Shown here: piece by piece, positions 16,409 to 23,304 of the stretch
How positions within the stretch are numbered: position 1 is the first letter of the stretch
Layout: the number at the start of each line of letters is the position of its first letter
Assembly (NCBI GenBank): GCA_018970825.1
Contig: JAGWVP010000001.1
Location: 1 to 25,189 of the forward strand
Source of the DNA: a bacterium
Lineage (GTDB): Bacteria > Desulfobacterota > Binatia > UBA12015
Length of the DNA: 25,189 nucleotides
Direction: 5' to 3'
Notes under the pieces: generated by a model
The model's database searches: none
What the model saw: the letters and a program-made list of their open reading frames with translations, nothing else
What the model was told of the DNA's origin: nothing
Translations under genes and position numbers: made by a program

Positions 16409-16788
16409 ACGCGCCGCTCGAACTCGCGCGCGAGGTCCTCGCGGCGGCCGCGATGGTCGGCGGAACCTTCTTCATGCTCGTCACCGGGCTCGGCCTGCTG
16501 CGCTTTCCCGACGTCTACACGCGCATGCACGCGGCGGGGAAGGCCGGCACGATCGGCGTCGCGCTGCTCATCCTGGCACCGGTCTTCTTCTTCGCCGCGA
16601 GCGAGCCCTTCGTGTCGCTGCGCGGCGTGCTCGCGATCGTCTTCCAGTTCATCACGACCCCGGCCGCGACCTACCTGCTCGCCCACGCCTGCTACGCGAC
16701 GCGATACCCGACCCACGCGGGGACGGCACTCGACGAGCTCGGCCGCTGGATGCCGGTCGTGCCCGACGAGAACTTCGGCAAGGAGTGA
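16405..16788 (+). CDS. mrpG: Mrp antiporter subunit G
   Basis: GTGA overlap with mrpF; GLLRFPDVYTRMHAAGKAGTIG motif. Confidence 0.9.
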   Translation: MNAPLELAREVLAAAAMVGGTFFMLVTGLGLLRFPDVYTRMHAAGKAGTIGVALLILAPVFFFAASEPFVSLRGVLAIVFQFITTPAATYLLAHACYATRYPTHAGTALDELGRWMPVVPDENFGKE

Positions 16789-16800
16789 GGTCGCCGACGC

Positions 16801-16829
16801 TCGACGCGCCGGGCTCGATCGGGTATCCG
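16801..16829 (+). promoter_or_regulatory. Putative promoter for (near-)leaderless purE (TCGACG-17 nt-TATCCG, 8 nt to ATG)
   Basis: Correct 17-nt spacing and no Shine-Dalgarno before ATG 16838. Confidence 0.35.
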
Positions 16830-16837
16830 GTCGGGCG

Positions 16838-17374
16838 ATGTCGGAATCGCACTCCGCCAAGAAGCCTCGCGGACCGCTCGTCGGGATCCTCATGGGGAGC
16901 GACTCGGACCTGCCGCTCATGCAGAAGGCGGCCGACGCGCTCGTCGACCTCGGCATCGGCTGCGAGGTCAAGGTCGCCTCGGCCCATCGCACGCCCGACG
17001 ACGTCGCGGAGTACGCCCGCGGCGCGCGCGACCGGGGCCTCAAGGTCCTGATCGCCGGGGCCGGCGGTGCGGCCCACCTGGCCGGCGTGATCGCCGCCTA
17101 CACGACGCTGCCGGTGATCGCCGTCCCGGTCGCGATCGAGCCGCTGCGCGGCCTCGACTCGCTCCTCTCGATGGTCCAGATGCAGAGCGGCGTTCCGGTC
17201 GCGACGGTCGCGATCGGCGGAGCGACGAACGCGGGCCTGCTCGCCGCCCAGGTCATCGGCACCTCCGACGAGGACGTGGCGTCGAGGCTCGCCGCCCACA
17301 AGGCGGAACTCGCCGAGGCGTGCCGGGCGAACAACCGCAACCTCGTGCGCGACAAGCCCCGATCGAAGCCGTGA
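16838..17374 (+). CDS. purE: N5-carboxyaminoimidazole ribonucleotide mutase (class I PurE)
   Basis: VGILMGSDSDL, SAHRTP, IAGAGGAAHLAG, GLDSLLSMVQM..GVPVATVAIG..NAGLLA. Confidence 0.96.
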   Translation: MSESHSAKKPRGPLVGILMGSDSDLPLMQKAADALVDLGIGCEVKVASAHRTPDDVAEYARGARDRGLKVLIAGAGGAAHLAGVIAAYTTLPVIAVPVAIEPLRGLDSLLSMVQMQSGVPVATVAIGGATNAGLLAAQVIGTSDEDVASRLAAHKAELAEACRANNRNLVRDKPRSKP

Positions 17375-18777
17375 GCGGGGCGGACGCCCTTCACCCGATC
17401 GAGCTCACCGCGGGCGAGATCGCGCAGGCGGCCGGCGGCCGGGTGGTCGTCGGCGACCCGGCCCGGCGTTTCTCGGCGCTCGCGATCGACTCGCGTCGCG
17501 TGCCCGCGGGTTCGCTGTTCGTCGCCCTGCCGGGAGCCCGGGTCGACGGTCACGACTTCGTCCCGCAGGCGCTCTCGGCCGGGGCGGCCGGGGTGCTGGT
17601 GTCCGAGGCCGGACCCTGGCCGGGTGCGGAGGTCGTGATCGAGGTGCCGGACACGCTCGCCGCGGTGCAGGCGTGCGCGGCACGCTGGCGGGACCGGATG
17701 CGCGGGACCGTCCTCGGCATCGCCGGCAGCAACGGAAAGACGACGACCAAGGAGGTCGCCTCGAGCGTGCTGTCGTCGCGCGGCCGCACCCGCGCCACGC
17801 CCGGGAACGAGAACAGCCAGATCGGCACTCCGATGACGATCCTCGCGACGCCGCTCGACGTCGACTTCCTGGTCCTCGAGATGGGGACGAGCCTTCCCGG
17901 CGAACTCGGGAGGCTCGCGTCGTTCGCGCGGCCCGACGTCGCGATCGTCACCGCGGCCTTCGCCGAGCACCTCGAGTTCCTCGACAGCGTGGACGGCGTC
18001 GTCGCGGCCGAGACCGAGATCCTCGACCGGCTCGCCCCCGGCGCGCTCGCCCTGGTCGGCTCGGCCGAGCCGAAACTCGTCGCGGCGGCGCGGCGGAGGG
18101 AGGGCCTCCGGCTGGAGACGCTCGGACGCCGGCCGGACGACGACTGGAAGCTCGGGGCGGTCTCTCTCGACCGTGCGGGCACCCTCTTCGGCCTCGAGGG
18201 CCCGCGCGCCGACCGCGCGCAGTGGCGGGTTCCCCTGCTCGGCGAGCCCGCGGCCTGGGCCGCCTCCTTCGCGATCGCGGCGGCGACCGCCCTCGGCCTG
18301 TCGCCCCGCGAGATCCGCGAGGGTCTCGAGCAGGCCCGACCTGCCGCCCACCGGATGTGCCCGGTGCGCCACGCCTCGAAGCCGCTGTTCGTGATCGACG
18401 ACTGCTACAACTCCAATCCCGCCTCCGCGCGCGCCGCGATCGAAGCGGCGGTCGCGCTGCGCGGGCCGGGCTCGCGCCTCGTCGCGGTGCTCGGCGACAT
18501 GCTCGAACTCGGCGGAGCGAGCGACGACGCCCACCGCGAACTCGGGGCCGAGGTCGCGCGGATCGCACCCGACGCGCACCTGGTCGCCGTCGGCCGGGAG
18601 ACCCGGCTCACCGCGGAGGCGGCACGCGCGGGGGGCGTCGCGGTCGACCACCTGCCGGACGCGACGGCGGCGATCGAGCGCGTCCTGGAACTGGTCGACG
18701 GCGTGGACGCGACGGTGCTGGTCAAGGGATCGCGCGGGATCGCTCTCGAGCGCGTCGTCGACGCGCTCCTCGCCTGA
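17371..18777 (+). CDS. murF: UDP-N-acetylmuramoyl-tripeptide--D-Ala-D-Ala ligase
   Basis: GTGA overlap with the purE stop. IDSRR, LFVALPG..VDGHDF, P-loop GIAGSNGKTTTKE, LEMG, EHLE, IDDCYNSNP.S, VLGDMLELG, LVKGSRG. Confidence 0.9.
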   Translation: MSGADALHPIELTAGEIAQAAGGRVVVGDPARRFSALAIDSRRVPAGSLFVALPGARVDGHDFVPQALSAGAAGVLVSEAGPWPGAEVVIEVPDTLAAVQACAARWRDRMRGTVLGIAGSNGKTTTKEVASSVLSSRGRTRATPGNENSQIGTPMTILATPLDVDFLVLEMGTSLPGELGRLASFARPDVAIVTAAFAEHLEFLDSVDGVVAAETEILDRLAPGALALVGSAEPKLVAAARRREGLRLETLGRRPDDDWKLGAVSLDRAGTLFGLEGPRADRAQWRVPLLGEPAAWAASFAIAAATALGLSPREIREGLEQARPAAHRMCPVRHASKPLFVIDDCYNSNPASARAAIEAAVALRGPGSRLVAVLGDMLELGGASDDAHRELGAEVARIAPDAHLVAVGRETRLTAEAARAGGVAVDHLPDATAAIERVLELVDGVDATVLVKGSRGIALERVVDALLA

Positions 18778-18807
18778 CCTCGGCTCGCCGCGCCCTGCGG
18801 ACCGCCC

Positions 18808-19638
18808 TCAACCGCGGCCGAACAGCAGCCAGGCGAAGACGGCGAGGCCCGCTGCGATCCGGTACCAGCCGAAGGGCGCGAGCGAGCGCGAGCCGACCCA
18901 GCGCAGGAACGCGCGGATCACGACCAGCGCGCTCGCGTAAGCGGCGAGGAGTCCGACCGCGAGTCCGAGCCCGCCCGCCCCGGCGAGGTCGTGCCTCGAC
19001 TTCCACAGCGAGTAGAGGCAGGCGGCGTACATCGTCGGCAGGGCGAGCAGGAAGGAGAAGTCGAGCGCGGCCCGGCGATCGAGCCCGGCGAGCATGCCCG
19101 AGACGATCGTCGCCCCGGATCGCGAGACGCCCGGGATCATCGACACGGTCTGGCCGAGCCCGATCGCGAGAGCCTGGCCGAAGCTCATGTCCTCGAGATT
19201 CCCGTCGGCGAGGCCGCCTGCGGATGCATCGGGCGAGCGGCCCGGCCCGTCGACCGCGAGCAGGACGAGTCCACCCGCGACGAGCGAGCCGGCGACGACC
19301 GCGGGCGTGAACAGGTGCTCCTCGATCGCGTGGTGGGCGAGGAATCCGACGACCGCGGCCGGCAGGAACGCGACCAGGATCTTGAGCAGGAAAAGGCGCG
19401 CGCCGACGCGACGAAGGCCGTCGCGCAGCAGCCCGAGGATGCGGTCCCTGTAGACCCAGGTGAGGGCCAGCATCGCACCCAGCTGGATGAAGATCTCGAA
19501 GGTGGGCGTGCCGTAGCCGAGAAGCCGCCCGACCACGATCAGGTGCCCGGTGGACGACACCGGCAGGAACTCCGTGAGCCCCTCGACGACCCCCATGACG
19601 GCCGCCTTGGCCAGGTCCGCGACTCCTCCTGCGTCCAC
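18808..19638 (-). CDS. uppP: Undecaprenyl-diphosphate phosphatase (BacA/UppP)
   Basis: GVVEGLTEFLPVSSTGHL, IQLGAMLA, PGVSRSGATI, FSFLLALP, FGWYRI. GTG 19638 preferred over 19644 because GGAGG sits 5 nt upstream of it. Confidence 0.95.
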   Translation of the reverse strand: MDAGGVADLAKAAVMGVVEGLTEFLPVSSTGHLIVVGRLLGYGTPTFEIFIQLGAMLALTWVYRDRILGLLRDGLRRVGARLFLLKILVAFLPAAVVGFLAHHAIEEHLFTPAVVAGSLVAGGLVLLAVDGPGRSPDASAGGLADGNLEDMSFGQALAIGLGQTVSMIPGVSRSGATIVSGMLAGLDRRAALDFSFLLALPTMYAACLYSLWKSRHDLAGAGGLGLAVGLLAAYASALVVIRAFLRWVGSRSLAPFGWYRIAAGLAVFAWLLFGRG

Positions 19639-19660
19639 GTCCACCTCCCCGCTCGCGACC

Positions 19661-19678
19661 CGGCCGGGATCCCGGCCG
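19661..19678. repeat. Perfect 18-bp palindrome CGGCCGGGATCCCGGCCG in the uppP leader
   Basis: Self-complementary as read; the core GCCGGGATC recurs 20 nt later (19683-19691). Confidence 0.6.
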
Positions 19679-19688
19679 CGGTGCCGGG

Positions 19689-19717
19689 ATCATAGGGGAA
19701 CGCAATTGCGCCCCCAA
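19689..19717 (-). promoter_or_regulatory. Putative uppP promoter (TTGGGG-17 nt-TATGAT)
   Basis: ATCATA at 19689-19694 is TATGAT on the minus strand; CCCCAA at 19712-19717 gives TTGGGG with a 17-nt spacer. Confidence 0.5.
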
Positions 19718-19734
19718 ACAGGTGGGGCTAGGGT
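19706..19734 (+). promoter_or_regulatory. Putative ccm operon promoter (TTGCGC-17 nt-TAGGGT)
   Basis: Exact 17-nt spacing; the -35 lies within the palindrome CGCAATTGCG (19701-19710). Confidence 0.5.
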
Positions 19735-19812
19735 CGAGGCACGGGGTCGGAGTCCACTCCTCCCATCGCCCACGCCCAGGCGGGGTCGGCCCCGCATCCC
19801 AGGGGGCTTCCG

Positions 19813-20307
19813 GTGAACCGCAAGAGAAAGTTTCTCCTCGGGTCCGCAATCCTGGTCGCCGCGATCGGCACGCTGGTCTGGACCGCCGTCCGCGAGACTT
19901 CCGCCTACTTCATGACCGTCGACGAGTGGGCGGTCGACCCCGGGGCCCATGCCGACGCCTCGCTCCGGCTCGCCGGCCGGGTCACGCAGGGCAGCGTCCA
20001 GTGGGATCCGAAGACCCTCGACCTGGCCTTCGTGCTCATGCCCATCCCCAAGGGGCAGGGCGGTAGCCACGAGGGAAGGCGGGCCGGCGAGACGCTGCCG
20101 ATCGCGACGGCAGAAGCCCGCCTCCCGGTGTCCTACAACGGCATCCTGCCCGACATGTTCGCCGACGGTCGCGACGTGATCGTCGAGGGGCGCGTCGTCG
20201 ACGGGGTGTTCCACGCGAAGTCGCTGCTCACGACCTGCCCGTCGAAGTACGAGGCGGACAAGCAAGCGCCGGCGCAGGAAGCCGGCGGGAACGGGAGCCC
20301 GGCATGA
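19813..20307 (+). CDS. ccmE: Cytochrome c maturation heme chaperone CcmE, CxxxY variant
   Basis: N-terminal TM, YFMTVDE, LRLAGRV..GS, PVSYNGILPDMFADGRDVIVEG, CPSKY in place of HxxxY. Confidence 0.93.
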   Translation: MNRKRKFLLGSAILVAAIGTLVWTAVRETSAYFMTVDEWAVDPGAHADASLRLAGRVTQGSVQWDPKTLDLAFVLMPIPKGQGGSHEGRRAGETLPIATAEARLPVSYNGILPDMFADGRDVIVEGRVVDGVFHAKSLLTTCPSKYEADKQAPAQEAGGNGSPA

Positions 20308-22295
20308 GCGAGATCGGCCGCCTGGCCATCGTCCTCGGTTTCGTCGTCGCCCTCTGGGGCATCGGCGCGAGCGTCCTCGGGGCGCTGCGGCGCGACCGCG
20401 ACCTCGTCGCGAGCGGGTCGCATGCCGCCTACGCCTTCTCGGCGCTCGTCGGCATCGCCGTCGCGGCGCTGCTCTATCTCCTGCTCACGCACGATTTCAA
20501 CGTCGAGTACGTCGCGTCCTATTCCTCCACCACGCTGCCGGTCTGGTACACGATCTCGGCGCTCTGGGGCGGGATGAAGGGATCGCTCCTCTGGTGGACC
20601 TTCATCCTCGCGGTCTGCAACGCGATCGTGCAGGCCCAGAACCGGGCGAAGAACCGGGACGCGATGCCGTGGGTCACCGCGGTGCTGCTCTCGGTGGGCG
20701 CGTTCTTCCTGTCCCTCCTCGTGTTCGTGACCGATCCCTTCGAGCGGCTGTCGTTCACGCCGGCCGAGGGTTCCGACCTGAACCCGCTGCTGCAGAACTA
20801 CTGGATGACGATCCACCCGCCGTCGCTCTACGTCGGGTTCGTCACGACGACGGTGCCCTTCGCCTTCGCGATCGCGGCGCTCGCCACCGGGAAGCTCGGA
20901 GACAACTGGATTCGCACGACGCGGCGCTGGACGATCTTCTCCTGGTTCTTCCTGACGCTCGGCAACCTGTTCGGCGCGGCCTGGGCCTACGTCGTCCTCG
21001 GATGGGGCGGTTACTGGGCCTGGGATCCCGTCGAGAACGCGGCCTTCATGCCCTGGCTCACCTCCACCGCCTTCCTCCACTCGGTGATGATCCAGGAGAA
21101 GAAGGACATGCTGAAGGTCTGGAACATGGTCCTCGTGATCCTGACCTTCGCGCTCACGATCTTCGGCACGTTCCTCACCCGCTCGGGCGTCATCTCGTCC
21201 GTCCACTCGTTCACCCAGTCGGGCATGGGGCCGTTCTTCATGGGCTTCCTGCTGTTCGTGCTCGCGGTCTCGATCGGGCTCCTCGCGTGGCGCCTTCCGA
21301 TGCTGAAGAGCCGCAACGAGCTCGAGTCGGTCTTCTCGCGCGAGGCGGCCTTCCTGCTGAACAACCTGGTGCTCGTCGGGATCGCCTTCACCGTCTTCTG
21401 GGGCACGGTGTTCCCGGTGATCTCCGAGTGGGTCCGGGGCGTGAAGATCACCGTCGGGCCGCCGTTCTTCAACCGGGTGAACGCGCCGCTCGCCCTCGCG
21501 CTCGTGCTGCTCATGGGCATCGGGCCGGTGATCGCCTGGCGCCGCGCGAGCTGGCAGAGCCTGAAGCGCAGCTTCCTGTGGCCGACCGCGACCGGCCTCG
21601 CGGTCGGGCTCGCCTCCCTGCTCCTCGCGGGCGGCAACTTCTACGCCGTCGTCGCGTTCTCTCTCTCGGCGTTCGCGCTCACCACGGTGTGGATCGAGTT
21701 CTGGCGCGGCATGCGGGTGCGCCAGGCGATGCTCGGCGAGCCCGCGTGGACCGCGCTCTCGCGCCTCGTGGGCAAGAACCGTCGACGTTACGGCGGCTAC
21801 GTCGTCCACGTCGGAACCGCGATGGTGTTCATCGGCATCGTCGCATCCTCCGTGTTCAAGCTCGAGAAGCAGCAGGGGCTCGAGCCGGGCGGCACGGTCG
21901 ACATCGGCCCCTACACGCTCCGCTACGACGGCGTCCGCACCGAGAGCGACCCGCACGTCGACAAGACCCTCGCGCAGGTCTTCGTCACGCGCGGCGGAAA
22001 GCCCGTCGGCACCCTCGAGCCGGAGAAGCGCTTCTACAAGCGCACCAAGCAGCCGACCACCGAGGTCGCGATCTGGTCGACGCTCGGAAGCGACCTCTAC
22101 GTCGTTCTCGGAAGTTACGACGCGCCTTCGAAGTCGGCCGTGCTGCAGGTCTTCCTGAACCCGCTCATGGCGTGGATGTGGCTCGGCGGAGTCGTCATGG
22201 CTCTCGGCACCGCGATCTGCATGTGGCCGGCCTGGTCGGAGCGCACGGCCACGGTGGCGGCGGGCCTGCCCGCGGGAACGCGGACCGCGTCTTGA
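20304..22295 (+). CDS. ccmF: Cytochrome c heme lyase subunit CcmF
   Basis: W.G..GSLLWW, LNPLLQNYWMTIHPP, WWD domain WAY.VLGWGGYWAWDPVENAAFMPW, TAFLHS, TFLTRSG..SVHSF, GGYVVHVG, NPLMAWMWLGG. Confidence 0.96.
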   Translation: MSEIGRLAIVLGFVVALWGIGASVLGALRRDRDLVASGSHAAYAFSALVGIAVAALLYLLLTHDFNVEYVASYSSTTLPVWYTISALWGGMKGSLLWWTFILAVCNAIVQAQNRAKNRDAMPWVTAVLLSVGAFFLSLLVFVTDPFERLSFTPAEGSDLNPLLQNYWMTIHPPSLYVGFVTTTVPFAFAIAALATGKLGDNWIRTTRRWTIFSWFFLTLGNLFGAAWAYVVLGWGGYWAWDPVENAAFMPWLTSTAFLHSVMIQEKKDMLKVWNMVLVILTFALTIFGTFLTRSGVISSVHSFTQSGMGPFFMGFLLFVLAVSIGLLAWRLPMLKSRNELESVFSREAAFLLNNLVLVGIAFTVFWGTVFPVISEWVRGVKITVGPPFFNRVNAPLALALVLLMGIGPVIAWRRASWQSLKRSFLWPTATGLAVGLASLLLAGGNFYAVVAFSLSAFALTTVWIEFWRGMRVRQAMLGEPAWTALSRLVGKNRRRYGGYVVHVGTAMVFIGIVASSVFKLEKQQGLEPGGTVDIGPYTLRYDGVRTESDPHVDKTLAQVFVTRGGKPVGTLEPEKRFYKRTKQPTTEVAIWSTLGSDLYVVLGSYDAPSKSAVLQVFLNPLMAWMWLGGVVMALGTAICMWPAWSERTATVAAGLPAGTRTAS

Positions 22296-22807
22296 GCGGC
22301 CCCCGGGTCCCCCCGTTGCGTCGCCGGGATTTCCTCGCGGGCGCCGCGGTCTCCTTCGCCCTGCTCGCGGGGCCCGCGGCCGCCGGAGCCTCCGCACCGA
22401 CGCAGGCGGGACTCGAAAGCGGTCTCACCTGCCAATGCGGCTGCGGCCTCACGGTGCATTCGTGCAACCACCTGAACTGCAGCTCGAGCATCCCCCTCAA
22501 GAAGGAAATCTCGGAGAGGATCGCCCTCGGCGGGTCCGAAGAGGAGATCCTCTCCTACTTCCAGGCCAAGTACGGCGAAAAGATCCTGTCGGCGCCGACG
22601 ACCACCGGCTTCAACCTCGCCGCGTGGACCATGCCCTTCGTCGGCATCGGCCTCGGGGCCGCGATCATCGGCTGGGTCCTCGCGCGGTGGCGCCGCGGTG
22701 CGGCGAGCCGGCCTGCACCGGTGGTCGCCCGGGACTCGCTCGAGGGCGATCCCGCGAGCCGCGACCGGATCGAGGCCGCCCTGCGCGACTGGGACACGCG
22801 GAGCTGA
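22292..22807 (+). CDS. ccmH: CcmH/CycL-like cytochrome c biogenesis protein, Cys-rich variant
   Basis: TTG start overlapping the ccmF stop (TTGA). LTCQCGC..C..C replaces LRCxxC; the conserved I..YF..KYGEKILSAP...GFN.AAW.MP block is followed by a TM. Confidence 0.82.
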   Translation: MSGPRVPPLRRRDFLAGAAVSFALLAGPAAAGASAPTQAGLESGLTCQCGCGLTVHSCNHLNCSSSIPLKKEISERIALGGSEEEILSYFQAKYGEKILSAPTTTGFNLAAWTMPFVGIGLGAAIIGWVLARWRRGAASRPAPVVARDSLEGDPASRDRIEAALRDWDTRS

Positions 22808-22808
22808 G

Positions 22809-23267
22809 ATGGCCCTGACGCTCGTGGGCCTCGCGGTCGTCCTCGCCGCCGCTTGGTGGATCACCTGGCCGCTCCTCTCTCCGGCCGGAGGAGACGCCTT
22901 CGGTTCGGTCGATGCCGGTCCCGGGCTGATCGTGGAGCGCAGCGAGGTCGAGCGCGAGCGCGACAACGCGCTCGCCGCGATCCGCGAGGCCGAGTTCGAC
23001 CATCGCCTCGGCAAGCTGACCGACGACGATTACGCGCGGCTGCGGAGGGACCAGGAGGAGCGTGCCCTCGCCGCACTGGCCTCGATCGAACGTTCGGCGG
23101 CCGGCGATCCGGGTATCGCCGCGAGCGCCGGCCGCAAGGCCGTCGACGTGCGCAAGTCGGGCTCGACGGGAGGCGCAGCCTTCTGCACCGCCTGCGGCAA
23201 GCCGGCGCGGGGCGCACGCTTCTGTCCCGCCTGCGGGACGAAACTCCGCGCACCCGCGCGGGGATGA
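22809..23267 (+). CDS. CcmI N-terminal-like membrane protein with C-terminal double zinc ribbon
   Basis: TM ending in WPLL, helical ERDNALAAIREAEFDHRLGKLTDDDYARLR (CcmI cytoplasmic loop pattern), then FCTACG..RFCPACG; no second TM or TPR. Confidence 0.75.
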   Translation: MALTLVGLAVVLAAAWWITWPLLSPAGGDAFGSVDAGPGLIVERSEVERERDNALAAIREAEFDHRLGKLTDDDYARLRRDQEERALAALASIERSAAGDPGIAASAGRKAVDVRKSGSTGGAAFCTACGKPARGARFCPACGTKLRAPARG

Positions 23268-23304
23268 CGACGAACACGACGGGACGCGGGGACACGGAGG
23301 GGAC

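Noticed and set aside
10968-16788. mrp genes as a complex I (nuoLMN) or hydrogenase membrane arm
   Set aside because: The full A-G set, including MrpE/F/G motifs, is present with no adjacent Fe-S or catalytic subunits, so it is a group 1 Mrp operon.
19694-19717. Possible sigma54 promoter (GG-N10-GC) around CGCAATTGCG
   Set aside because: The spacing fits but the TGGCAC core is not matched on either strand; the sigma70 reading fits better.
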